Under the pieces are notes generated by a model. That model was given only the letters and a program-made list of their open reading frames with translations, was not told the DNA's origin and searched no databases. The position numbers were made by a program, and so were the translations under genes. Source: Vicugna vicugna (Eukaryota). From it: a DNA stretch of 64,000 nucleotides. Below, one piece after another: positions 13,306 to 26,180 of the stretch; the first letter of the stretch is position 1, and every line of letters begins with the position of its first letter. Location: positions 488,678 to 552,677 of the forward strand of contig MU058531.1 of assembly GCA_013265495.1 (NCBI GenBank). Reading direction: 5' to 3'.

Positions 13306-14634
13306 ACAAGTTTAAGTTAAAAACACGCTCTGTGAAAATTTGAAAATAGAGTACCTTTTTGGCAAAGAGAAAATGCTTGAAATACGTTTGTGGTTGTGCA
13401 AGATGCTTGTAGAATGATTCAGAAACTGCCACTGGAAAATCTGAGGACTGACAGTCTGAGTTAAATTGGCCGTGTTACCAGTGGCTGTTCAGTCTCCTCC
13501 TCCAGCTCAGTCCTGGCTCACGGTAGCTGCATCCTTTGCTGTTGGGCTGGAATGCACGTGATGAACAAACGTCTCATCAAACAGGAGAGCCTATGCATTC
13601 CGGGGATTCTGGGGTCAGACGCCAGATCCTGCCATAATGAAGAGACCACAGAACAATAAGGGGAAGTGACACAATCTCCATATCCTGAATTCACCTCAGT
13701 TCCTTGAAGTTACTTTTTGTTGAGGACATGCAGCCTGCAAAGCATATGCTTTGAAAAATATACTGTGATGTTATCACCCTCACCCCCTGTCTTAAGCTGT
13801 ATCCAGGAGGATATATCCTTATTTATGTCTGTGGAATGAGATTGTCTTTTCTAGTGCTTGGGAGCTTTCTGTGGTGGCCTGTGGATGCTTCAAAACAAAG
13901 CCTTCTTTTTAAAAATCCTTTCCTTTTCTTAGATGGAATTGCCTTTTGTAATTTCTTCTTTTTGTTGTTTAAAAAAATATCAAAAGAAAAGAAGCAAAAA
14001 AAAAAAAAAAAGGCAGAAGGAATTCAGCTGCTGACTGCAGCCCAGGTGCTCCAGAAGACAACGGCTGTAATTGGTCGTTATAAGTGGCACTGCCGTCATT
14101 TCCCAACAGATTGAAATCGACTTTTCCTCTCTATGTTTTCCTCTGGGGCTGAGGAAATTAACCCAATTAATTGATTTTAGTGAAATGACCATTATGTTAA
14201 AGTACTAGCCTCAAAGAGAAACAAAAATGTTTTGAAGCATCTCTTTCTTAAGCCACAATCCCTCATCATCTAAATGGTGCAATGTATGAATGCTGGTGTT
14301 TGAATGCTGAATCATTCAAAATCTGTTCTCAGTATAAATGTTTCTCATCAAGAAATCTCACACATGGTTTAGCATGAATTGTCGCCTATTGTCGGGATAA
14401 TCCAAAAGGGAAATACTCTTGTTTGTGTTAAATTGTTGTTAACTGACTGAGGAAATCTGAGAAAGATCACATGATAGCCATATGTAACTATTCAGGAAAA
14501 AGAGTATTTCTAAGGAAATGAACCTTATTCTCAACCACCGTGGTGAACTTTGGAATGTCTAAGAACCCTTCAGTGGTTATTGGAATGTTGTGGCAAAACA
14601 AATGACCCAAGTTAGGTTGAGAAAATAGTGTTGA

Positions 14635-14970
14635 TGAATAACAAAGATGTTCACTGTGAAATTATTTATGATAGAAATTGGAAGCAATCCAAGTATCCAA
14701 CAATAGGTACTGGTGGCACTGGTTAAATAAATCATAGTATAAATCCTACAGTGCTAAACCATTCAGTCTGAAAGGTATTGTTAAGTGAATGTTAACAGGC
14801 TACAAAAGTATATAGGTATAATTCTTTTTCTTGCAATTAAAGTATGTGAAAAAAATCTAGAAAATATACTTTAAAAGGTTACTAATATGGTTATTTAATG
14901 CCCTGGGGTTATAGGTGGTTTTTGAAAAATCTTTCTGCTTCTTGGTATTCTCTGCTTTTTCTACAGTGAA
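14635..14970 (+). mobile_element. Ancient L1 (L1M/L1ME-like) 3' fragment
   Basis: acaaagatgttcactgtgaaattatttatgatag...ggaagcaatccaagtatccaacaatagg...tggttaaataaatcatagtat is a diverged L1 ORF2 end. Confidence 0.65.
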
Positions 14971-15209
14971 TCTTTTTAGTAAGACTGCTGGGTAGTGATC
15001 TTTAGAATTCTTTTCAGTAGATGGTGAAACTGAGAAACAAATTATGGTCAGAGAGAAAAAGGAAGGGTGCTCCAGTCAGGAGAAAGCCCTTCCATCTTCA
15101 CTCCTGTGCTGGCATCCCTGGCAGCTACCAAATGTTTAACTTCTGTGAACGGAACCAGTGTACCATTTCCCTGTCTCCATTACACCTGGAGTCCAATAGT
15201 CTGGGTCAA

Positions 15210-16360
15210 AGAAGAGAACATAGGTGAAACACTCTTTGATATAAATCATAGCAATATTTTCTAAGAGCAGTCTCTTAAGGCAAAAGAAATAAAAGCAAAA
15301 ATAAACAAATGGGATTGAATCAAATTTAAGTTTTGCACAGCAAAGGAAACAATCAACAAAAAGACAACCAGGAAGGGGTTAATATCCAAAATATACCAAA
15401 CAGCTCATACAACTCAATATCAGAAAAACAGCCCTATCAAAAAAAAATGGGCAGAAGACCTAAAAAGACATTTCTCCAAAGAAGACACACAGATGGCCAA
15501 CAGCCACATGAAAAGGTGCTCAGCTTCACTAATTATTAGAGAAATGCAAATCAAAACTACCATGAGGTACCCCTTCACACTGGTCAGAAGGGCTATCATC
15601 AAAAAGTCTACAAATGACAAATGGTGAAGAAGGTGTGGAGAAGAGGGAACTCTCCCACACTATTGATAGGAATGTAAATTGATACAGCCACAGTGGAAAA
15701 CTACATGGAATTTCCTTTAAAAACTAAATATGGAATTACCATATGATCCAGCAATTTCATTCCTAGGTATACATCTGGAAAAAAAATACTAATTTGAAAA
15801 GATACAGGTACCCCAGTGTTCACAGCAGCACTATTTACAACAGCCAGGACACAGTAGCAGCCCAAGTGCCCATCAACACATGATTGCATTAGGATGATGT
15901 AATTACCACCACCCCCGCCGCCCCCAGAATATTACTCAGATTTAGAAAAGAATGCAATACTGCCACTGGCAGTAGTGTGGACAGACCCAGAGAATATTAT
16001 GCTTAGTGAAATGTCAGACAGAAAGACAAATCTTTTATGATATTACTTTTACATAGAATCTAAAAAATAATACAAATGAATACATAGCAGAAATGGACTC
16101 ACAGACATAGAAAACAAATCTGTGGTTACCAAAGGAAGGAAGGAAGAGGTAGGGACAAATTAAGGTATGGGATTAAACAAATATAAACTACAATATATAA
16201 AATCAGTAAGCAACAAGGATTTACTATAGCCCAGAGAATTATACCCATTATCTTATAATAACCTACAATGGAATATAATCTACAAAAATACTGAATCGCT
16301 GTGCTGTATACCTGAAACTAACACAATATTGTAAATCAACTATACTTCAATTTTAAAAAA
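15210..16360 (+). mobile_element. 5'-truncated LINE-1
   Basis: ORF2 C-terminal nucleotide motifs (gaagagaacatagg..., cacatgaaaaggtgctc, ccatatgatccagcaat) and the 3' end tgtaaatcaactatacttcaattttaaaaaa. Confidence 0.95.
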
Positions 16361-16974
16361 GAGTAAAAGCCATGTATTTGGGGGCTATAATGGAAAACAA
16401 ACCCTATCGTTGATACTGGTGCACCATTTTCATAATTTTCCAAAGATCATTATTCTCAACCGTTGCTGTCTGATACCCCAAGCTGTACATCCAGGTTTCC
16501 TGCTACCATTGTGTCCTGTTGCTTATCAACTCTAACCCCATCAGTGTGTATACTCCTGTTATAAACCTGCATTGCCTTTTTGACTAGGTCCTTAGAGGGG
16601 AGTAAACCTAGAATTAAGGTGATTGAGGTCTCGAGAAGTAATTTCCATGGAAATTGGATTAAGGGACCTTGCGTTTATAATTAACTCATTTACATGGCTT
16701 TCTTCATTCAGATAGTGGGTATAGATCATGCTAAACAAGCAAATTCCAGATCTTCATTTCACCCAGAATTATGATGATGTTGCATTCAACAACTGATTCT
16801 CTTACTATTTTACTATTTGGATAGAAATCTCCTGAGCTTAGGAGACCGCAAAGTAAAGGTGCCTCCAAAATTCCCAAAGTATTGCAGTAAATATCCCATG
16901 ACATCTCCTTGTTAACATGTCCATTCGTCCTAAATCCCCATCCTAGATGGGCAGTCAGAGGGTTTTCCTCCATG

Positions 16975-17170
16975 ATAGTTTATTACCTTGTAAAAATCTT
17001 CATCCTAGCACTTAGGATATTATATGGTAATTGTTTTGTTTGCTTTTTTCTTAGTAGACTTTGAGCTCCTTGAAGGCGAGGAGTATGACTTACTCATCTT
17101 TCCATATCTAGGTCCTATGTCTGCCATAAAATAGACAATCAATGCATTAAATACATGTGGAATGAATGAG
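16975..17170 (+). mobile_element. L2 3' end fragment
   Basis: tagactttgagctccttgaaggc...catctttccatatctagg...aatagacaatcaatg...ggaatgaatga resembles the L2 terminus. Confidence 0.6.
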
Positions 17171-18499
17171 GAGATAACTAAGAATTTGACATTCTCCTTG
17201 TGAAAAAGGATAGGGTGGAATGTCCATTTACTGTTAAAATAACCTTATGTCTGGACTGGTAGTGATAAAACACAAGAAAGGAAAGCAATGATATTTTATA
17301 GTGCCCATTTAATGATATATAAGGCTGAAAGAAAAGTCGGAGTTTTTCCTCTCCATTGTGTAAGTCAATTTGATAAAGTGGATACTTTACATCTCTTTGA
17401 CAACTGGGGCATTTTTATGCATGTGCAGTTCCAGCTCAATCTCCTCTGGTAACTTTTTTTCAATAAAGTTGCAGCTAACTTCTGCAAAAAGCTGATATCC
17501 TTCTGCCACACAGAAATCGTACACTGTATCAGAGTCACTGTACCAAGTATCAGCCAACACACCCAAACTTGTCTGGAGCAAAGAGCAGTCAGTACAGCAG
17601 ATTTCATTTCAAAACCGCAGTGGAAATGAATAAGCTTTTACTTTCTCAGGCGCTAGCTAAAACACTTTGAATGTATCATTACTAAGAACAAGTAGAGTCT
17701 GTTTTTTCCCTTCCTCTATCCGTATCTGTTTATTTCTATAACCTCTGAAGCTCTAGCTATCACACATAATTTAGGGGGAAAATGTCTCATAGTGACAGAA
17801 TCGAGGAACTCCTAGAAGTAGCCTGAAATTCATACAGTAAAACATACTGGGTTAAAGTCTTATCTTTAGCTCTAGGACTTGTAGGGTGTAAGTGAGGCAC
17901 TTCTCCGTTCTTAGAGGTCAGTTTGACAGCAAAACGTGTTAGGTGTAAATTAAGTGTCAGACAATATGCTGGGTTCCTGGTGGGTGTTGGAGATGGAAAG
18001 AGGAATGAGGTGAAGTGGCATTTCTTGAGGGGCTCACAGTCTGGAAGACAATATGATAAATTATAAGGACACCCAGAGAGGACTTTGGGATCCTAGAGGA
18101 GGGACATAATTTCTTCCGTATCTTCTTTTGCAGTTATATTCATTTTGGGATTTTATCACTTGTAACTAGATTCCTGGCTATTATAGTCTTTCAGTTCTAG
18201 TAAAACTGGATCATTATTCCCTAGTCTCTGTGATCTGTAGTCTCTCTCCTGGGATCCATGGTTATACCTCTGCTCTTTGGTCTCTGTCCTCCTCTTGGTT
18301 ATGGGACAGTTATCGATACCTACTGTCAGAAGACAGCTGGCATTCCTGGGTTTTAAACTGGTCATTTGGCTTACCTGGTGACACACTCCTGGGTTTTTCA
18401 CTCCAGGTTTCTTCTCTGTCTCTTCCTAACCCTCTCTAGTTGCCACTTTAAGAGACAGAGCAGATTAAGTCCAGTAGAATGGACATTTAATTAAGCAAG

Positions 18500-18860
18500 T
18501 CATTTCATGTTTATTCAGTGAGCATGTACTCAGCACCTTCTGGTTGTCAGGCGCTGTGCTAGGAATTGGAGATTCAGAAATGCTCTCATATAACTGGTAG
18601 TCAAACAGGGAAGGCTGACATGAAACCAGATAACTACACTGCACTGTCATCGATGTTAAATAGAGACTTTGAGGGAGCAGAGGACAGATTTGAAAAATTG
18701 AAAAATCCTCCACAGAAGGGGTGACATTTTAGCTGGATCTTAAAAGAGACCATTACTTCATCAAAGAATATAAAGAACAGCCTGTTTACAGGCACTGGAG
18801 TGGGAGAGAATGCAGCATGATTGGGAAATGATTTTGGTGTAGCTGTGGGAGGAGGAAAGA
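18500..18860 (-). mobile_element. L2 3' fragment
   Basis: catttcatgtttattcagtgagcatgtactcagcaccttc...caggcgctgtgctagg...gtgacattttagctggatcttaaaag resembles the reverse L2 end. Confidence 0.65.
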
Positions 18861-19430
18861 GGGTTCAAGGGATTGACAGGTTCTGCCTAAGATCTAAGTG
18901 GACTGTTCTCCTGCCCACATTTCCTGTTAGGTTTTGCCTCTCCTTAAGTGGAGGAGACTCTCCATTTCCTCTCTTCCTGCCAGAGATGAGATACATAACT
19001 CAGCTACTCTCAAAATGCTAATTTCAACATGTTTTGGGGGAAAATGTTAATGTTTTTGTCTGTTACCACGGATGCTAAACTTTATTAGGTGGTGGTATCC
19101 AACTGATCTGAAAGCATTAATAAAATTCTCTAAAAGTGAAATTTACCCAGCAATTTACATTTAAAGGGTAGTTAAAACACCGGGTGCATCTGATTCATAG
19201 TTTTACCATCGTACAAAGTAGAGCTCAGCAGCCCATATATGATGGCTGTGGTAACGTACTTTACACCCATAAAATGATCTTGACAGCTTATAATCATCAA
19301 GGAGAGCTTTTGTGTTCTTAAACTGAAATACTTGTATGATGAGTAAGATGATGATTCTTACTATAAGCATTCACATTTGGGGAATTTCTATTTTTCAATG
19401 ATGAACAAATTGGGGAGAGATGGACTAAAT

Positions 19431-19580
19431 CAGTGATTCTCAAGCTGGATGTCCATCAGAATCACATGTGGGACTTGTGAAAAATAAAGGGGGAAGGATC
19501 TGGAAGTCAAAATGTTAAAAAAAAAAAAAAAGTCCCACGGGTGGCTTTTGTGCACAGTCAGGTTTGTAAGTTCCAGAGTC
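19431..19580. mobile_element. MER5-family hAT MITE
   Basis: cagtgattctcaagctgg...catcagaatcacatgtgggacttgtgaaaaata...tgtgcacagtcaggtttg. Confidence 0.6.
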
Positions 19581-19652
19581 TGATGATTTCTTGTGGATAC
19601 ATCCAGTCATAAGACTTCAGCAATTTTCTGGGTGAATAAAAAAAGTTCACCT

Positions 19653-19960
19653 GAATCTTAAAAAAAAATACTAATGAATGTATATATTAAACAGAAATAG
19701 ACTCACAGGTATAGAAAACAAACTTGTGGTTACCAAAGAGGAGGGGGAGGGAGGAACAAATTAGGGGTATGGGATTAACAGATACAAACTCCTATACATA
19801 AAATAGATAAGCAACAAGGGTTTATTGTATAGCACAGGGAATTATACCCAGTATCCTGTAGTAATAACCTATAGTGAAAGTATACTCTGCAAAAATACCA
19901 GTCACTATGCTGTACACCTGAAGCTAGCACAATATTCTAAATCAACTATACTTCAATAAA
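19653..19960 (+). mobile_element. LINE-1 3'UTR fragment (first of a tandem pair)
   Basis: acagaaatagactcacag...aaacttgtggttaccaaag...atcaactatacttcaataaa, flanked by aaaaaagttcacct / aaaaaacctcacct. Confidence 0.92.
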
Positions 19961-19976
19961 AAACCTCACCTATTTA

Positions 19977-20670
19977 AATGTAAATTGGTATAGCCACTAT
20001 AGAAAACAGTATGAAGTTTCCTTAAAAAACTAAACCTATGATCTAGTAACCCCACTCCTGGGCATGTATCCAGAAAAGACAAAAACTCTAATTTGAAAAG
20101 ATACATGCACCCCAGTGTTTATAGTAGCACTGTTTACAATAGCCAAGACATGGAAGCAACCTAAATGTCCATCAACAGAGGACTGGATAAAGAAGATATG
20201 GTGTATGTATGTGTGTGTATATATAATGGATAAAGAAGATGTGTAATACTACTCAGCCATAAAAAGAAAGTAATACTGCCATTAGCAGCAACATGGATGG
20301 ACCTAGAGATTATCATACTAAGTGAAGCAAGTTAGAGAAAGACAAATATTATATGATATCACTTATATATGGAATCTAAAAATAATACAAATGAATCTAT
20401 ACAGAAAACAGAAACAGATCCACAGACATAGAAAACAAACTAACGGGCACCAAAGAGGAAAGGTGAGGGGAGGAATAAATTAGGAGTTTGGGATTAAGAG
20501 ATATGCAACGCCATGCTGTATAGCACAGAGAACTATATTCAGTATTTTGTAATAACCTATAATGGAAAAGAATCCGAAAAAGAATACATTCATATATATG
20601 TATAACTGAATCACTTTGTGTATACCTGAAACTAAGATAACCTTGTCAATCAACTATACTTCAATTTAAA
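19977..20670 (+). mobile_element. 5'-truncated LINE-1 (second of a tandem pair)
   Basis: aatgtaaattggtatagccactatagaaaacagtatg...caactatacttcaatttaaa, flanked by aaaacctcacctatttaa / aaacccccacctattcaa. Confidence 0.93.
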
Positions 20671-23269
20671 ACCCCCACCTATTCAAGACTGAATTGTATA
20701 TAGATAATTTGTTAGAATTGAAGGTCCAAGTGTTTTTTGAAATGTAAGAGATTGTTTTAAAAACTATACTTTGAACTCTAACCGTTCTGCTGCAACATAC
20801 AGCAATAGATACAGACTGTGCACGAGTCAGTATTCCAGAGCGAGTCCAGAGTGCCCCTGTGCTGCTCTTCTCACTCCTGTTAGCAATAAATACCTTTCTC
20901 ACTTTCAGCCACTGACTGATAAATATCTTCATGCAGGTAGGCAAACCCAGCTAGGAATGTGCTGTTACTTTTGGTGAAAGCAGGTAACTTCAAGCTGTAC
21001 AGCCATCTATAAGAATTAGGGAAGAAAAGATTGACTTTTGCTGTTGTGAATTCTCACTTTTTTTTTTTAAGTACTGGCTGAGTGTTACAACATTTAACAA
21101 GAAATTACGAGGTTTACAGTAGAAAATCAAATTAAACATGAACTTTCAGATTGAAAAAAAAAATGGCATCTTTTCTTTCCCTTAGGACCCTTCACGTGAA
21201 TGTCTGCTGAAGGAAGGACCAAACTGCTCACTCCACAGGGAGTCGGGACAGAGAAAGGAGAAAAGTGTTAGGGCATCTGGGCCAGAACCAGGTGAACTGA
21301 GACAGGGACATTTTTCCCCAAGGCACAGGGTGGCGCTGGTATCAGAAAATAAAAGGTGCTTGGCAGAGAAAAACAACATAGGTCCACTACAATTGTACAT
21401 TATATTACATTGTTACATATTTGTTTTCTCCATAATGAAAATTTCATCAGGGGTCTAAAAAATAAGTTAGTTTCATTTAGCTTTATTTTTGAGCCATTTT
21501 TAGAGTGGAGCACAAAGGTGTGCATACAATAGCCACTTCACAAAAACCAGAAGAAAAGGAGAGAAGGTGGGTAGGCAGGCATTTTCCTGCATGATAAAAA
21601 TTATGTTGATATGCTTCAAAGAGGAATATTGTTCCAAATGTATGCTAAATTAGATGCAAAAATAATTATAAAACAGTATGGTCTTGTCAGTCAAGTCCTA
21701 AGATTTGCATATGAGATGAAAACGAGTCATTGTTTTGCTTGCTGTCCCAATCAAGTGTACTGTTCATTTGTGTCAAAGCTGTTTTTATTGAAATAAGCAG
21801 AATCAGGCATCCCACTCTCACTCAGTAACAAACGCAGTGAGAAGTTACAAGATGTGTATCATTCGAATAAGCATTATCTCCTGGCGCTGTTTCCCAAGGC
21901 CAGTGGTTTGTCCAGTCGTAACAATCTATGAACTTAATTGACGACCAAGCCATCACATAGATCCTAACTCGGGTTCACTCCTTGATTCTGCTCTATTTAC
22001 TCTCACTTTGGTTCTTCAGTTTTTCTTTCTTCATGGTCTTTCCCGTTCTGCACAGTAAAATCCATTCACAACTCCATTCTCCACCCTTCTCACCTTATCA
22101 GTTTTCTCAAGACTTCACTACGATCATTACTTTCCCCTACTTCTATTTTTCCTATTTCTCCTCGCTTCTCTTTCCTTCAAAGTTACTTCCCTACTTCTTG
22201 TCAAATTGAATGAAGAGTTGGAGAAATCTGCTAAAAATAAAGGTTTAGGAAAAATGAAAAAAGTGTTGAGAGAGAGAAAATAAAACAAAAATAAGAAACG
22301 AAAGCCTTGCAGACAGTAGATTGCTCTGCTATAAAAATAGAGACTAATGCAGGATTTGCAGACGGAGATACATTAGATGGAAAGGGTCATGGTAACTAGC
22401 AATTTGCCGAGCTTTTAAGCTATCCTTTTGGACTTTTAAGACTCCTTTCTGAAGGCAAGTGAAGAATCCTCCAGGTGTCTAAAGGAATAAAAATGTCCTG
22501 CTTCCTCTTCCATGGCTTGGAAAGCAACTTTAACGTAAAGGTTCCTGAGGAGGGATGTGGGAGGAACAGGGGAAATCGGCTTTGACACAAGAAAAGAACT
22601 TGAAAATGGAAGAATTGAAGGGACAGGCACCGCAAAATTATTATTGCTTAAGTGTTACTTACGGACAAAATTTTCACTAAAGGCATAAAGTAAGGAGGTC
22701 GTGGTTTTGAAGACTCATCCATGAAAGGACAAACATTTAGGCAGCTCTGTTGGAGTTCATTCCATAATTTTGTGAGGTTCACTTGTATTTTTAATAATGG
22801 AAGCAAATATAAGTTGCCATCTAAGTTTAGACTTGCTAACTGAGGACAATGATTTTGAGGCGTGGACATACATAAACTCAAAGGGTTTTGGCAGCTCTGA
22901 CTCATCTGAAGGCCTTTGTGTGAGGAAGGGAGATTTTCGTAAGCCAGAGGAAATAAGGTTTAAGTTTGAATTTCAGCTGCAATGCACATTAGTCTTAGTG
23001 GCTTGCACTAGTGGTGGTGTCTGACGCAGTCTCACAGCTGTGAAATGGGCAGGAGATAATGAGCAGTAGCAAATGTGTTTATTGATGAAGTGAGTTTCAA
23101 GAAGCAGTAAAGCTGTGTGTCGTGAGGGATTCTTACCTATCCAGCACTGGCACTGGTACTAGATGGGCTATTTCCAAAATCCCTTGCTTGTGGATTTCTG
23201 AGTGGACCGCATTATTGTGAGGCAATATGGCCTGCATGACTTCTGACTTAGGATGTATTGATACTTTCT

Positions 23270-24000
23270 TTCTAGACTAATAAGTGCTTAATTTTTTTGT
23301 CAAACTGCCATATGTATTTGAGAAAAATCTGTATTTTCTGCTGAATAGGTCTCCCTCTCTAATCAAGTCTGTTGGCTCTTGTTGATCAAAAACATTAGAG
23401 TCTCTTTCTTTTTTTCACTTTGATTTGTGTTAAAATCTTCCATAGTGGTTGTGGATTTGTCACATTTTCCTTGTATTTCTATCAGTTTTGGGTTTATATT
23501 TTGAAGCTATGTTGTTAGGTATATGCAGATTCATAACTGCTAACTTTGGGGTGGATCATACCTTATGATTAATAAGAAATGTTCTTTCTCTTTTTGAAGT
23601 TTTTTTTTTTTTGACCTCACAGTTTATTTTGTCAGAAATTAACGTTGCTGTACTTGCCTTCCTTTTGGTGATGTTGATCTATAACATCATTGTCCCTTTT
23701 TTTATTTTCAAGCTTTCTGTGTCATTGTTCTCGGTACACCTTTTCCAGACAGCATAGAGGTAGATACCGCTTGTTTTATCAAATTGTTTGAGAATTTTGT
23801 CTTTCGATAGAAGATTTTTATTCAATCACATTTATTAATTTTTTTTTACACTTAAACTTAATCATCTAAAGTTTTTGTTACCTACTTACCATGGCTTCTT
23901 GTTTTTATTTCTCACTTTTCTGCTTTTTATTTGATTATTTTTTTCTCTGACCAATTATTCCCTTTAGTGATTTGGAAATCATATCTCCTATTCTATCCCT
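23270..24000 (-). mobile_element. Ancient L1M fragment (endonuclease/inter-ORF region)
   Basis: gttaaaatcttccatagtggttgtggatttgtc...ttctatcagttttgggtttatattttgaagctatgttgttaggtatatg is the reverse of an L1 EN-coding segment. Confidence 0.7.
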
Positions 24001-24029
24001 TCATTGATGATGATGATGATGAGTCTCCA

Positions 24030-25110
24030 ACAAGTTTTATTTTTCTTTTTGTTAAAAATTATACCTTGTATTCAGCTACACTTTACATGCAAAAAAGCAC
24101 ACAAATAACATTTTTTCACAAATTGAATGCCTATTTGTAACCAGAACCCAGGTCAAAACATGAAAAGTTAACAGCAACCCAGAAGCCTCTCTCCTACTAC
24201 CTTCCTCTCGTAGGGGAAACTACATTCTTATTCTAATGTCCTAGATTAGTTTTGCTTAAGAACTTTTTATAAATCCATAATACTCTTTTGTGTTTGGCTT
24301 CTTTTGCTTAACATACTGTTTGTGAGATTTATCCGTAATTTCACATAGAAATAGTTTATTCTCACTGCTGTGGAGCATACAGTAGAGCATATAGAGCATA
24401 CGGCATTTCATTGTATGGCTCTACTGCAAATTAGCTGTTCACTTTGCTGTGGACAGCTGGTGGTCACTTTGGGTTGTTTGTGCCATTGTAATAAAAATGC
24501 TATGAACCTGCTTGTACCTGTCTTATGGTGAAGACATTACACACCAGTTAAGACTGCAGGTGCCGTTAGAGTCCCTGCACATTCAACTTTCTTGGACTTG
24601 GAGTAGATTTCACAGAACTGTTTTACTCCCAGTTTTCCAAAGTGACTCCACCATTTCACCCTCTTAGAATTAGTTAGTGTTTGAGAGTTTCAGTTATCCC
24701 ACATCCTTGCCAACACTTTATTTCCATCTTTTTCCATTTTAGTCATTCTGGTGAGGGATGTAATAATGTCATATTATTGTTTTAATTTGCATTGCCCTGG
24801 TGATTATGAATTTGAGTATTTTTTCAGGTTTATTGGCCATTTATCCTCCTGTGTGATGTCTTTGCTAAGTTTCCTATTGCCTTATCTGCCTTCTTGCTTA
24901 TTGCTTTGTAGTAGTTCTTTCTATATTCCAGATATGAGTTACATATAGATACATGCATTGCAAATACATTCTTCCAGTTTTATGTCTTTTATGAACAGAA
25001 TTACTTAATTTTAATGTAGCTCAATTTATACTCTCTTTTTTTTATGGCTAGTTCTTTCTGTGTTCAATTTATAAACTCTTTGCCTACACCAAAGACATGA
25101 AGAAGATACT
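24030..25110 (-). mobile_element. Ancient L1ME-like 3' fragment
   Basis: tttggcttcttttgcttaacatactgtttgtgagatttatcc...ccacatccttgccaacactt...ttttagtcattctgg...tttaatttgcatt match the reverse L1 3' region. Confidence 0.8.
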
Positions 25111-25269
25111 TTAGCCTTATATTTAATGCACACAGTTGATCATATTTTGGGAGGAATGTTAATAGTTACTAAGAACAAAAATATCTTTATTACTTTCTTT
25201 TTTCTTTCTCTTCCTGGGCTCCTTCCATGTTGAGATTTCCTACCAACCCAGTGTTTTAATTGTTACTGT

Positions 25270-25465
25270 TTTTTTTCTTTTTCTTGTTTATTGAGATGTA
25301 ACATACATATGCAGAGTAATTCTAAAGAATTCATCATGATGTATAAGAGTATTTTTCATCTGTCTATCTATCTCTATATCTGTCTCTATCTCTCATGTAA
25401 CTACCTCCCCAGTCAAGATAGAGAACATTTCTAGTACTCCAGAATGCTGCTGTGTAGCTCATTCC
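25270..25465 (-). mobile_element. L1ME-like 3' terminal fragment
   Basis: tttattgagatgtaacatacatatgcag...catgtaactacctccccagtcaagatagagaacatttctagtactccagaa. Confidence 0.65.
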
Positions 25466-25579
25466 ACTAAGATGTAAAGTGGCTTATTACGCATCAACAG
25501 ATAACTGATACAGCTCCTTCTCTCCATAACAGTTTACCCCAAGAATGGGCACAGTTTTCCTCCTTAACATTTCAAAGCA

Positions 25580-26180
25580 TAGTTATTAATCAGATAGGCT
25601 AGATTATGCTGAGTTAACAAGCAATCTAAAAATCTTAGCAGTTTAACCTAATAACATTTCTTTCTTCTCATGCTGCATGTTCTGTTCACCTTAGTCACTC
25701 AGAACCTAGGCTGATGGAGATTTTACTTCAATGTGAACTTCCACGTTTTAAGGTTTTTCTTTTATGGAGCACCCTACTTTAAGTACCAATTTCTGGTTAG
25801 GGTAGGGTAGGTTAAGCTACAGTAAAAAAACATCATCCAAATTTTAATGACCCAACATAGTAAATGCCTGTCTGTCATTCACATTACGTATCCAGCTCAA
25901 GTTGGCAGGTGTGTCCCGCTCATTGTAGCCACTTAGGGACACGGTGATGGAGGCTCCATCTTGATGCATGTCTTTATAATCACCAAAGCAAGGAAAGAAG
26001 ATGCAGTAAATCCTGTACTGACTCTTGCAGTTTCTGCCAGAAAATGGCATGTTACTTCTGCTCGTAATTCATTGGGAAAGCAAGTTCTACCTCTAACCTG
26101 AAAGGGAATAGAAGGGCGATCTTCACACCTTGTTGTCGGATAGGAAACTTTGCAAACAATTGCATTGCTGACCACACACA
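25580..26180 (-). mobile_element. ERVL-MaLR LTR fragments (MLT1J/K-like), two pieces
   Basis: aatcagataggctagattatgctgagttaacaagc... and gtaccaatttctggttagggtagggtaggttaagctacagtaa...atggcatgttacttctgctcgtaattcattggg resemble reverse MLT1 motifs. Confidence 0.6.

Noticed and set aside
20184..20243. Duplicated tggataaagaagat within an L1
   Set aside because: Local duplication next to a TA/TG microsatellite, with no functional implication.
21186..21291. Plus-strand exon candidate (cttttctttcccttAG ... CAG|GTGAAC)
   Set aside because: Good acceptor but mediocre donor, unrecognised peptide, and no partner exons.
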